A stretch of DNA of 64,000 bases from Octopus sinensis (Eukaryota): assembly GCF_006345805.1 (NCBI RefSeq), contig NC_043002.1, positions 89,962,001-90,026,000 of the forward strand, written 5' to 3'. Below, one piece after another: positions 38,106 to 51,547 of this stretch. The position numbers and the translations under genes are program-made. Under the pieces are notes generated by a model. That model saw only the letters and a list, made by a program, of their open reading frames with translations. It was not told where the DNA came from and made no database searches. The number at the start of each line of letters is the position of its first letter. Position 1 is the stretch's first letter.

Positions 38106-38204
<99 letters not shown>

Positions 38205-39295
38205 ATGAATGTACTGAAACAGTGTGTGTGTATAGTTGGTAAATATTATAGCAATACCACTGTATTGCAGTAACTGGGCTGAACTGTGTAAGTGCATATT
38301 ACCTGGCTCTGAACAGATTAAGAAACTTCCTCTTAGGTGTGTACTTAAGTACGTGTGCTTGCATATTCATACTTTGTGGTTGGATTTTTATGAATGTCAA
38401 AGTCTTTTACCGTGGGTGGACACTCCTGTTATTCAATTGGCTATTGTTTATCTGCTGACACTGAATAATAATTATGCAGAGTGATTGCTAAGGAGTCACA
38501 GTATTATTTACTACAGTGAATTGATACTTTTACATAGGGTATAGAGTGTATTGTGCAATATGTGTTTTAATGAATGGGCATAGGGGAAATGAGGGTATGT
38601 TTTAAGGTCATGCCCAGATCTATTTGCCTTCCTTTGTTGATATGAATATCTAAATTCACAAAATATCTTAAGTGGTGAGTATTAGTCTACATTAATTTTT
38701 TATTCTCATTATATTCAACGAAGCTGTGCAATAATGCAAGATTCAAATTGCAATTTATAAAACACAAAATGGTTTCATTCATTTTAGTGTGGTGGTGCTA
38801 AAGAGTGACATATTGGATGACCATTCTGTTGCATCACTCTAAATGTATATTGCCTTGTATGCATGATAACATTATTCTGATTCTCATAGTGATGTATAAA
38901 ATTTCAGTGATGGTACATGTTTCATATTGGTTGTCTAACTGTATTAATTATATTGTGGTTTATGCTGGAGTTTATATACTTGTGTGATAGCCATTGTTAT
39001 ACCATTATTGTAGTCTTACTATTTTACTCTTTTACTTGTTTCAGTCATTTGACTGTGGCCATGCTGGAGCACCACCTTTAGTCGAGCAAATCGACCCCAA
39101 GACTTATTCTTTGTAAGCCTAGTACTTACTCTATCGGTCTCTTTTGCTGAACCGCTAAGTTACGGGGACTTAAACACACCACCATCTGTTGTCAAGTGAT
39201 GTTGGAGGGACAAACACACACACACACACACATATATATATACATATATATGACGGGCTTCTTTCAGTTTCCATCTACCAAATCCACTCACACAT

Positions 39296-40288
39296 TTGGC
39301 CTTCCAGCAAACCTCTCCAGCCAGGGATTGACCACTATCTCCCACAGCCTTACACAGCTGTCTGAATTGAGCCTAAGGCCCTGCTCAAGGATGTGGGGAT
39401 GATGAAGTCTGTCATGTGGATGCAATCAGAACACTTGCTGTGTCTGATCTTGCTAACCACAGCTTTGTAGTCCTCATTGCAGCTGTCCATATCATGTCTT
39501 ACAGCCTTTATGGTGTTAACAAAGCTTTGAGAGCTAGTCATGATGATGGCATCTTGATATCTGGCAGGAATTTTCATAATACAGGTAACTATTTTCCAAT
39601 ATTCAGTTGGCTTCCAGTCCTCCATGTCAGTTAACTTTTTCTCAAATCTATATATATAAAACTCTAGTTGTGTGAGTGTCTGTCCCCTTCGATTTAGATT
39701 CCTAACTCCTCCCACATTTTGCGGTGCAGTTTAACCAAATTCGGGTATCTTATAGTCGTGATTCATATCGAGCCCGTCTGACTATTAGCGCGCGTCAACG
39801 ATGAGTCTACGATTTTAAAAATAATTTAACATCATTTTTTATTCCATTTTAATGCATAAAATGCATCGTGTGTCGATAGCGGCGAAGTTGGCATCCACGC
39901 TCACAGCTGCACCTGTTTGCTTCTCCCCCTTCCCTCCCTCGTGAAGCTGTGGGGAAGGGAGTGTAAAGAAATCAACGTCGTAATGCGTTGTTAAGGAAAC
40001 CAGCGTTCTTTTAGAACAACGACTTCATGGCTTGAAGACACTGAGTCAACGATTTAAAAAAAAAATTATCATCATTTTTTATTCCATTTTTAATGCATTT
40101 TTTTGCTATAACTCTCTAAAAATGCTTATATAGTTATTTCCCTTACAAACCCGAGCAACGCCGGGCAATACTGCTAGTATCATATAATAATCATTATGCT
40201 TTCCATTGCCACTGACTGTTCACCAGTGCATCAAACTATTCCTGAAAAAGAAACATAAAAAATGGTCAAATTTATCTCAAACACCCTC
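39296..40288 (-). mobile_element. 5' part of a Tc1/maT-like transposon split by a Helitron
   Basis: TIR-like end TA|GAGGGTGTTTGAGATAAATTTGACC resembles the 14252 element end. A transposase-like N-terminus MEDWKPTEYWK...RHSKCSDCI lies in ORF 39350-39715. Confidence 0.55.
39647..40177 (+). mobile_element. non-autonomous Helitron
   Basis: A|TC 5' end, subterminal hairpin CCCGAGCAACGCCGGG, CTAG|T 3' end, no target duplication. Confidence 0.85.
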
Positions 40289-40709
40289 TATATCCAGGTG
40301 TCTTTGTGCACATGGAAGTGCAGTTGCTAGATTTAGTGCTGGTTGACACTTGAACTCTCTGTTAACAAATTTACAGGCTGTTTTTACATTTAACAGACTT
40401 ATAAAAACTATGTCACAGGTGTCTATTGTATAAAAGAATAATTAAAAGCACATAAAGATTCATTAGCTAGCCATTTGGTTTATACATTTTCTAGGCTTAG
40501 AAAATGATACCTGCTGACTTATTGTTTTATGCCTGTGTTTTCCTGCATTTCTCATCATATGCATTGACCAGTGGGTTTAAATAGTAGTTTACCTTGTATT
40601 TATTACTTTTTTCTTTCTTTGTTTTACTTGTGATATGCAAATGTGTCACATAAATACATGATCTGGCTGTAGGTATGAATTTAGGATGATACAAGTTTTC
40701 TGTAGGAAA

Positions 40710-41108
40710 TCTTTATATATAAAAGTCAAGTTGTGTGTCTGTCTCCTACGATTTAGATTCCTAACTACTCCCACATTTTGCGGTGCAGTTTAACCAAAAA
40801 CCGGGTATCTTATAGTCGTGATTCATATCGAGCCCTTCTGGGTATTAGCGTGCGTCTACGATGAGTCTACGATTTAAAAAAAAATTGACCATCATTTTTT
40901 TCCATTTTAATGCATTTTTTTCGCTATTATATAAGGGAAGTAACTCTCTAAAAATGTCTACGATGAATCAACGATTTAAAAAAAAATTTACCATCATTTT
41001 TTTCCATTTTTAATGCATTTATTTGCTATTTTTTGGCTATAACTCTCTAAAAATGCTTATATAGTTATTTCCCTTACAAACCCGAGCAACACCGGGCGAT
41101 ACTGCAAG
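40710..41108 (+). mobile_element. non-autonomous Helitron, second copy
   Basis: Same body as 39647-40177; A|TC start, hairpin CCCGAGCAACACCGGG, CAAG|T end. Confidence 0.8.
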
Positions 41109-41190
41109 TGTATTATATACAGGATTCTATGAGCTGTCATTCAATTGTATCAATATAATGATACACCTTGAGTCTCTCTCTATATATATT

Positions 41191-42436
41191 TTGGGTCATC
41201 CCATAAATAATGTGTTTTTTTATACTTATTTATTTTTCAAAATTAAGATAAACAAAGTTCTTTTTTAATCTAAAATATACTCTCCTTCATTTTCTACAAT
41301 GCTCTTCCATTCTATCTGGTAGACTTGCAAGGCGCCTCTTCCAAAATTCACTTGCTCATGAAGAAAAATACTCCTCCAATACTTTTCTGACTTTGTCTAC
41401 AGAATTCATATTTTTTCCATCCAAATGATTTTGAAGCCTGTGGAATAAATGATAATCAGATGGGCAAATTCTGGCAAATATGGTAGGTGGGGCATTTGTT
41501 TCCCATTCAAACTGCTCCAGTCTTTGGAATATCATCTTTGGAATGTGGCCAAACATTATCCCGATGGAAGAAAACCTTTTATCTTGAAACCAAAGATGGT
41601 CATTTTTCTTCTAGTGCTGACTTAAGCCACTCAAGCTGCTTGCAGTAGATATCCTTTGTTATCATTTGGTTTGGGTTTAAAAGTTCAAAGTGGACTAAAC
41701 CTTTCATATCCCACCAAACAGATAACAGCATCTTATGTGGGTGAAAACCTTTAGCCTGTGGTGATGGTGTTTCTTCTTTCCCTACTCACTGTCTTCTTTC
41801 CCTACTTTGGTACTTGACATTTTTATAGAGAACCCATTTCTCATCACCAGTCACTATTCGGTCCATAAAAAGTTAATTTGTGAGACATGACAGCAAAGAA
41901 GAGCACACATTCACTCTCTGCATATGATTAGACTCAGAAAGTTTGTGAGGAACCCATGACCCAATTTGCTGACTTTTCTGATGGCATGCAGGTATTGATG
42001 AATGGTTGAATGACCATATCCAATTTTCTCTGCTAGTTCCTCAGCAAATATGATGAAATTTTGTTCCACCAGGGTTTGTTAGACGTCCTTGTTGAGCTCT
42101 ACAAATCTTCCAGGACAAGGCTTGTCTTTTAGGCTGTAGTTTCCAGGTCAGAATTTCTGAAACCACTGTTGACACTGGCTTACGCTTATAGTCCAATCCC
42201 CATATACTGCATTAATGTTCCTCACACTTTCCATTGTGTTGTTGTCTTTATTGTCGCTTCCATCATAGCTTTGAAAAAATAACTGTGAAAATCGAACTGC
42301 ACTCTTCAAACCTAGCACTAAGTATATGGATAAGGTAAAATTACTACCTGCTTTTATAGCAAGTTGATGCAGGTAGTTTATCTCTGACTTTTAGTTCATG
42401 CAATTGAGAAAACCGCATTACTTATGGGATGGTATT
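41191..42436 (-). mobile_element. decayed mariner element
   Basis: TIR pair GGGTCATCCCATAAATAATG / CATTACTTATGGGATG; remnants PSDYHLFHRLQNHLDGK and VTGDEKWVLY on the minus strand. Confidence 0.85.
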
Positions 42437-42546
42437 AAAAAAATCAACCCTTGACATACAGACACATCTAATAGCCTCTACCTATTATTGGTGAGCTTAA
42501 AAGAGTAAACTCTAGGGTTAACATCTAAATAAAATTGATATATATA

Positions 42547-42763
42547 CAAGAGGGTGCTGAAAAGTTTCTGGCTTTGGGTAAAAGACAATACAGGAGGATC
42601 AGTTAATTGTGATTTTATTCAACATATTTCCCACTCAGATCCACACACTTATTACAGCAGTCCTTCAGTTTTCCTAAACCCTTTAAAAGAACTCAGAAGG
42701 TTGGGCATGCAACCAGGCCTTTTCCAATACCTTTAAAGCCAGGAACTTTTCAGCACACCATCA
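42547..42763. mobile_element. mariner-derived MITE
   Basis: TIRs GGTGCTGAAAAGTTTCTGGCTTT / AAAGCCAGGAACTTTTCAGCAC flanked by TA. Confidence 0.75.
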
Positions 42764-43239
42764 TATATATTCTTTTATTCTTTGACTTGTTTCAGTCATT
42801 AGACTGTGGCCATGCTGGGGCACTGCTTTGAATTTTTAGTCAAAAGCACCGACCCCCAGTACTTATAAATTTTGAAGCCTGGTTCTTATTCTATTGATCT
42901 CTTTTGCTGAACTGGTAAGTTATGGGGATGCAAACATATTAACACTGGTTGTCAAGCAGTGGTGGGGGGATAAACACTCACACACACACACATATATATT
43001 TATATATATGTATACACACACACACACACACAAAATTTTATATATATATTGGTTTCTGTTTATGAAATCCACTCACAGGGTTTTGGTTGACCCAAAGCTA
43101 TAGTAGAAGACACTTGCCCAAGGTGCCACGCAGTGGGACTGAACCTGGAACCATGTGGTTGGGAAGCAAGCTTTTTACCACGCACTCACACCTGCAATAT
43201 ATACATACATACATTCATACATACATACATACAATATAT

Positions 43240-43581
43240 GGTGGTGACCCCCTTCGGTCAGACACTGACCATGGGTTTGCACCTAGAAAGTTACCCTCTG
43301 AGGCACAAGTCTGGGCAAGGTTGTTTTTTTTTTATGGAAGACCAGCAGTCGCCCATGCATACCGGTCTCCCCTCTCCACGTCACCGATGTTGTCCAAGGG
43401 AAAGGCAAGGGCCGATACAGCTTGGCACCTGTGACGTTGCAACTCATTTCTACAGCTGAGTGAACTGGAGCAACGTGAAATAAAGTTTCGTGCTCAAGAA
43501 CACAACATGCAGCCCGGTCCGGGATTCAAGCTCACAACCTCCCGATCGTAAGCTTGATGCTCTAACCACTGAGCCACGCGC
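43240..43581 (-). mobile_element. tRNA-derived CORE-type SINE, family C
   Basis: Minus-strand head GCGTGGCTCAGTGGTTAGAGC...TTGAATCCCGG and core TTCTTGAGCA. Other copies lie at about 36381-36680, 49710-50045 and 59812-60150. Confidence 0.8.
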
Positions 43582-44690
43582 ATACACACACACACACACT
43601 GTAAAGTCCTTGTCAGTTTGATTTTTATAATAAATTAGAGCCTACTTTCACTATTGAGTTATCACATCAGTTATTCTTTTTGTGTTCTTAAATTCACTTT
43701 AAAATAATAATAACCTCACTTTAATATATATGTGTGTGTGTATACATATATATATATATATGTGTGTACATGTATTGTGCATGTGTGTATGTGTGTGCAT
43801 GCATGTGAATAATAGGGTGAAATCGTGTCTGCCATAAATTTCAATGACTATTTCTTTCCCAAATGTTATTATGTGAATAATATTTCATTGCGAATTAACT
43901 TTCGCAGATGTATACAACTTTATGGCAGTCACAAAGCAAGCATGGGAAACATATTTGTATTATGTAAAAGTACAACTGTGAAAACTTTTGTTAATGCTTA
44001 GTAACTGTGTAAACGATAATTTGGTGTGAAATAACTCCAGCTATATTACAGAATAAATACAAACGTTGAATGCCAGAGAAATTTAATCTTTCTCCGCTTA
44101 TTACTTAGGTACAATAGATTTTAATGACAACCAGGTCAGAAATAGTTAAATCTTGAAAAAGATTTGTGTACACACTCATGCATTTCTGTGTATATTTACA
44201 AATGCATGCACAATTTGTATGTGTATGTGTTTCTTTATGCATATGTACATATCTGCTTGCATATAATGAGCGTGTATAAGCATGTACGAGAATGTATATA
44301 TCTATTTTTGAATCAATTTATTCGTGTGTATGTTTTGCAAGTTTATATATGTGTGCATGATGTTGTGTGTGTGTGTGTGTGCATGTGTGTGGTGTTTGTT
44401 TGTGTGTGTGTGTTTGCGTGTGCATGTGTGTGTGTAATGTTTGTGCATCCACGTGTGTGTGTATTAACATGTTTCCACAAATGTATATGCATTTGTGTAT
44501 GTGTCTGCATATAATGCATGCATGCATATATGAATGCGTATACATTTGGTTTTTTAAGATGTTTATTCATGTGTATGCTTGCATGCTTATATATGTGTGC
44601 GTGTGACATCTGTGTGCATGTTGACATATGTGTGCACAAGCATGTATGCGTATGCATGTATAAACATGTATATGCATATCAGGTGTGTAT

Positions 44691-44748
<58 letters not shown>

Positions 44749-44901
44749 CAATTAAGGACAATTACTTAATAAGGAAAACTTAACAAGAAATTGTCAGGTA
44801 GATAGCGTAAAAACCTCATAAGAGAAAAAATTTCGAAAATAATTATTTCTTATTGAACATATTAATTTATATATAGAGGGCATTATACATACATGCCAGA
44901 A

Positions 44902-45101
44902 GGCATTATACATACATGCCAAACGCTAAGAGGGACAATTAGTCATTTCTACCAAAAATATTACTAATCCCACCGAATGCAATTTTTCAAAGTAAGACAT
45001 TTATGTCTTACTTTGAAAAATTGCATTCGGTGGGATTAGTAATATTTTTGGTAGAAATGACTAATTGTCCCTCTTAGCGTTTGGCATGTATGTATAATGC
45101 C
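44902..45101. repeat. perfect palindrome, 99-bp arms with 2-nt spacer
   Basis: 44902-45000 is the exact reverse complement of 45003-45101. Confidence 0.95.
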
Positions 45102-46649
45102 CTCTATATATAATATATATATATATATATTTGTTTTTAAATATATTCATGTGTTTGTTTGCAATGGATGTGTGTGTGATGTGCATGTGTCCACATGTGC
45201 ATGTGATGTGTACATACCTGTTTGTATATATGTACACAAGAGTGTATGTATGTGCATGTATGCATGTGTAGATGTGTGTCAGTATATTATGAGTCTGTGT
45301 ATGCATGTATAAGTATGTATATATTTGTTAATATATTTACTCATATGTTTATTTTGCAAGCTTGTGTATGTGTGTGTGCGTGTGTGTGTTTATACATATG
45401 CACAAATGTATATGTGTCTGTATATGCATGTGTACATGTGTGTCTGCATATAATGTGTGCACACCTGTATGAGTATGTGTATGCTACTTATTAAATATAT
45501 TTACGTATATCAACGTGTGCATATGTTTTAACATGTGTGCATGAATATGTATGTATACGTATGCTTGTATGCCTTCCGGCACTAGATATCCGCACTGTGA
45601 CCGATCTTTTCAAGCAAGAATTGGTCTTATCAGTCACCTGCGGACTCACCAATAAATTTGCGCGAAGACCATCATCCTTGACCTTGAGGGATTACCATAG
45701 TAGTAGTATATATACTTGTATTCTTTTACTTGTTTCAGTCCTTTGATTATGGCCATGCTGGATCAACGCCTTAAAGGGTTTTAGTTGAATAAATCAACTC
45801 CAAGATTTATTCTTTGTAAGCCTAGTACTTACTCTATCGGTCTCTTTTGCTGAACTGTTAAGTTATGGGGACATAAACACACCAGCAATGGTTGTCAAAC
45901 AATGGTAGGGGGACAAACGCAGAAACACACACAGAAATACACACACACACACATGCACATGCACACACACATATGTCCACACACACACACAGACACACAC
46001 AGACACACACACATACACATATACACATGATAGCCTTTTTCAGTTTCTGTCTACCAAATTCATTCACAAGGCTTTGGTCGGACCGATGCTATAGTAAAAG
46101 ACATTTGCCTGGGGTGCCATGCAATGGGACTGAACCCGGAACCATATGGCTGGGAAGCAAACTTCTTACCACACAGCCATGCCAGTGCCTCTATGTTTGT
46201 TTTCAAATTTGTTTATTCACTAACATGTTTGCAAGCTCATATAACTGTGTGATTTGTGCATGTGTGTGTTTGTATGTTTGTGTATGTTAATACTTGTAGA
46301 AGAAAAAAAAAAAAATTCCGGCTTCACTTTATATCGGATCCAATCCCCTTGTTTATCTGACATCATTCATAACTGAAATATTGGGATAAAAGACAATAAT
46401 CAATACACAACATGTAATATTAATTACAGATCTTCACTGCATCAATCTCCAGTCTTGGTTTACCTTCTTTCATAGATTTCAAACTGACACTTAAGAAAGT
46501 TCATTCATTCATTGATTAAAACAACTAATTGGCTGCTTATTATTGGCATTATAGCATTTGTCACTGTATTTCATTAAAGTAATTGGACACACATACATAT
46601 TCCTTGGCAATGTTATTCCCAAGAATTTTACAACCTTTTATTTATTTAT

Positions 46650-47022
46650 TTATTACCACCGCCTTAGCGAAGGCAGAGGTATTGATTTTAGTTGTGTTTG
46701 TTTGTTTGTCCATGGACAAGATATCTCAAGAACTGCTGGATGGATTTCGATGAAACTTTCAGGGATATTTGGCATTGTAATTGGCATGAACTGATTAGAT
46801 TTTGGGATCGATCCAGTCCTGGACAAGAATTCTAGATTATTTTTCCTGTTTTTTTTACTTAATTTTTGAGAGCAGTCAGGCTCATTTTTAGTATTCTCGT
46901 TGTGAGAGCAGTCAAGTTTATTTCAGATTTTCTCATTTTAAAAATCATCTCCAGCTAATCGTTGAGAGGATGTTGGTGTTGCCTTGGCGAGGTTTGCGCT
47001 CTCTGAGTGCGCTTGTCGTATT
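46650..47022 (+). mobile_element. Helentron-associated (HINE/DINE-like) non-autonomous element
   Basis: TTATTACCACCGCC start, (GTTT)n tract, subterminal inverted GGCGAGGT, 3' hairpin GCGCTCTCTGAGTGC, T-rich flanks. Confidence 0.6.
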
Positions 47023-47343
47023 TTATTTTATCTTTTGATAATCTTCATACAAATATGATTTAGAAAGAATTTATGCAAACAACCTATTAATATCAGTTAG
47101 AAAAATATTTCATATCAAAAATATCTGGGAATCAGGTTTAGTTGTAGGTACCGTTGTGTGGTAAGAAACTTGCTCCTCAACTGCATAGTTTTGAGTTCAG
47201 TCCCAGTGCATGGCACCTTGGGCAAGTGCCTTCTACTATAGCCTCAAGTCGACCAAAAGCCTTGTGAGTGGATTTGGTAGACAGAAACTGAAAGAAGCCC
47301 GTCATATATATTTTTATATATGTATGTATATATATATGTGTGT

Positions 47344-47380
<37 letters not shown>

Positions 47381-47689
47381 TTGTGTGTCTGTGTTTGTCT
47401 CCCCAACATTGCTTGACAACCGATGCTGGTGTGTTTATGTCACCGTAACTTAGTGGTTCGGCAAAAAAGACTAATAGAATAAGTGCTAAGCTTACAAAGA
47501 ATAAGTCCTGGGTTCGATATGCTCGACTAAAGGTGGTGTTCCAGCAAGGCCACAGTCAAATGATTGAAACAAGTAAAAGAATAAAGAGTATCCTTGTAAC
47601 TTAGCAGTTTGGCAAAAGTGTCCCAAAGAATAAGTGCCAACCTTAAAAAATTAAGTACTGGTGTCAAATTATTTGATGAAGCTCTTGAA

Positions 47690-48298
47690 CCCTTTCATTA
47701 CCATATTTCTGTTGAGATGCTCTGTGTTTCTTTCAAGTAATTTTAAATATAACAAAGAATTTAGTAAAATAACTTAGTTATCGTTAAGCTAATGCTAAGA
47801 ACATAAATAGGGACTAAGGTTTGGTGGAAGATTTTAATTCAAAACTTATGAAAACAAGACATTTATACTGGGAAGCACTCCGTCGGTTACGACGATGAGG
47901 GTTCCGGTTGATCCAAATCAACGAAACAGCCTGCTCGTGAAATTAACGTGTAAGTGGCTGAGCACTCCACAGACACGTGCACCCTTAACGTAGTTCTTGG
48001 GGATATTCAGCGTGACACAGAGAGTGACAAGGCCGGCCCCTTGAAATACAGGTACAACAGAAACAGGAAGTAAGAGTGAGAGAAAGTTGTGGTGAAAGAG
48101 TACAGCAGGGATCACCACCATCCCTGCCAGAGCCTCGTGGAGATTTAGGTGTTTTCGCTCAATAAACACTCACAACGCCCGGTCTGGGAATCGAAACCGC
48201 GATCCTATGACCGCGAGTCCGCTGCCCTAACCACTGGGCCATTGCACCTTTCACATTTATACTACAGAGGTGGTTTCAACTGGGTTGGTATTGAAGGG
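47690..48298. mobile_element. piggyBac-like MITE interrupted by a SINE
   Basis: TGAA|CCCTTTCATTACCA...TGGTATTGAAGGG|TTAA ends. Confidence 0.65.
47870..48252 (-). mobile_element. tRNA-Arg-derived SINE, full length with target-site duplication
   Basis: Inverted copy of 9936-10321; 11-bp ACATTTATACT at 47859-47869 and 48253-48263. Confidence 0.9.
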
Positions 48299-48773
48299 TT
48301 AATGTAGTGCCCAGCTTGCCTGTAGTCCAATGACTGAAACACAGAAAATATAAAAGATAGAAATCAGTTTACTGTTTTGCAATTAGATGTTTCTAGTTTT
48401 TTCTTTAAATGGTTTTTTTTCCATGACAAGTCACGTACTTTTGTGATCATATATGCACCAAAAATAATCTTACTTTCCTTGTTGCATTCAGTTATTGGAA
48501 ATGTAATGGTTTGTTAGACAAAAATCAATAAAATTATAGTTAGAACATTTTAATAGTTGCTGATTATCCTTTGGATAAATTCAAGGAATTAAACTTGACC
48601 TTTGAAATTATCTGCAGAATGAAGAAGAATAGCTCCTCTGTTAATAATGAAACATTTTTAATGAATTTCTTGTTGAAGTTTTGCTCTTAGGAGTAGCTTA
48701 GGGTATTCCATTTAAAGAATGCAGTAAAAGCGTGAAAGATGACAGGGGTTGGTTATACAATCTTGTATTGGTT

Positions 48774-48819
<46 letters not shown>

Positions 48820-49656
48820 AACAAGTATCTAAATAATGGAATACTTTATTAGATACTCGAATGGCTCAAGAGAGAGGACGAATAGTCCAGCGAAAAGGAG
48901 TATCCAGGATGGTAGAAATATCTGGTACAAAGTTGCAACATCTGACTCATTAAAGTTTGTTCTTGTTGTGCAAGAGTTTTGTTTCTATGTTGGTAGGGGA
49001 TCCTTGGTATCTCCGGTGTTGCTGTGGAAGGGGCCAACACACCTACAGAGCTGCTTCTACCTCATATGACATCAGCACCTGCAGTGAAAGATGGGGTACA
49101 GTAGCACCCTTAGTATGCAAGTGTTTACACTAAAATATTAGCTATTGAGAAATATGCCCTTTCTCTCTTCAGAAAGGGTTAAAATTGTTTCTAGATTCTA
49201 AGCTATAAAGACATGATAATGAAAATTTGATAATGATAAATATATGTAACAATGTAGAGACAGTTTTATAAGTATGTGTGTATGAACATATATAGATACA
49301 TGTTTCTCTGTGCATAAGCGTATATATACATGTGTCTGTATGTATGATGCTATATATTCACACGTTTATATGCATGAAGCTGTGTGTGTGTATTTTAAAA
49401 GCTTTTTAAGTTTCCTTCTCATACTGACTCATAAGGGCTGGCTTCCCAGTTTCCATGGCATATCTATTCCCCACCTGGTAGGGAGAGACACCAGCCTGTT
49501 GCAGGATTACTCATTTTCACCAGCTGAGTGGACTGGAGCAATGTGAAATCAAGCATTTTGCCCAAAAACACAACATATTGTCCAGTTCAGGAATTGAAAC
49601 CACAATCTTATGATGATGAGTCCAACACCCTAATCAATAAGCTATGCACCCCCCAT

Positions 49657-49700
<44 letters not shown>

Positions 49701-50045
49701 TAAAATAAATGACTCTGTTGGTCACAAATGACCTCTGGGGTACAAGTCTGGGTGGAAAGTTGCCTCACCGGAAAATGCACAATTAGGGTTGTTTTTCTGG
49801 AAGACCAGCAGTCATCCATGCATACTGGCCTCCCCTCTCTATGCCACCAATGTTCTCCAAGGGAAAGGCAAAGGCCAGTACAGCTTGGCACCAGTAACGT
49901 CGCAACTCATTTCCACAGCTGAGTGAACTGGAGTAATGTGAAATAAAGTGTCTTGCTCAAAAACACAACACCCAACCTGGTCTGGAAATCAAATTCACAA
50001 CCTCACGATCGTAAGCTCAATGCTCTAACCATTGAGCCCTGTGCC

Positions 50046-50121
<76 letters not shown>

Positions 50122-50714
50122 AACATTGACCACACATACCCCATGTATGTGACCTCTTTTAGTTTGGTGGTAGGCTGTGATGCATGCTCAGGTGTTTTAA
50201 CACCCTGCACTTTGAAGAAGTCATCCCCACTGCACCAACACCTGATGCTTTAAGGGAGTCATCCCCACTATGCCAAATCGCAGCCTGTGGGAAAACAAGC
50301 AATGTACATACATTGAGTATGTGTGGTCAACTCTAGTGCTGCTTCTAATTCTTATTGGAATATATATATATATATATATATATATAGACGTTATTGCTGT
50401 CACATACATACTATTTGTTTCTGTACTCATTGGTTGCTGGAGATTGGCAAAGGGGAAAATTCCTTTAATAAGTTGGCATCTTTAATGGATTTTTCCCTCT
50501 GATGCTATCCCTCACTTCTTTCAAAGTAAGGTAATATTTCCCTCTGCACCATGACTGAATATGTTTACATGAAAGATTTGAAATGAAGGACACCACATGC
50601 ATAAATGTGACACTTGTTTACTATAATTGCCTGATGTGAGAACAAGGAGACACTAATGCATGCACATACCTATATATATATATATGTGTGTGTATGTGTG
50701 TCACTCTCTCTCCC

Positions 50715-50783
<69 letters not shown>

Positions 50784-50801
50784 ATATATATATATATATA
50801 T

Positions 50802-50952
50802 GGTATCTAAGAAATACCACCACGCTTGAAATAGCAGCCAAAACTTGACTCTAAAGCCACCTTAAAAGTTCATACAGCACCAGAACTTTTAATGTGGTTT
50901 TAGAGTCAAGTTTTGGCTGCTATTCCAAGCGTGGTAGTATCTCTTAGATACC
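50802..50952. repeat. inverted repeat, 70-bp arms with 11-nt loop
   Basis: GGTATCTAAGA...AAAAGTTC / GAACTTTT...TCTTAGATACC with a few mismatches. Confidence 0.9.
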
Positions 50953-51076
50953 CTAAATTGTAATTTTAATAATAGTTATTATCTTTGAGGCCTTTTATTC
51001 CATGCTGGCCACTTGATAAGTTCGATATTTAAATAACGATCCTATCCTTATTTATATAAATTTATATATATATATA

Positions 51077-51547
51077 TACTCTTTTACTACTCTCTCTTTT
51101 ACTTGCTTCAGTCATTTGATTGTGGCCATGCTGGAGCACCGCCTTCAGTCGAGCAAATTGACTCCAGGACTTATTCTTTGTAAGCCTAGTACTTATTCTA
51201 TCGGTCTCTTTTGCCGAACTGCTAAGTTACAGTACGTAGACACACCTGCTTCAGTTGTCAAGCAATGTTGGGGGGACAAACACGGACACACAAACGTATA
51301 CACACTAACACACACACGCGCACACACACACACACACACGCACACGTACACACACGTACAAACACACACACACACACATGTATACGACAGGCTTCTTTCA
51401 GTTTCTGTCCACCAAATCTACTCACAAGGCTTTGGTCAGCCCGAGGCTATAGTAGAAGGCACTTGCCCAAGGTGCTACGCAGTGGGACTGAACCTGGAAC
51501 CATGTGGTTGGTAAGCAAGCTACTTACCACACAGCCACTCCTACGCC
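51077..51547 (-). mobile_element. family A SINE
   Basis: Full head, microsatellite body and tail. Confidence 0.85.
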
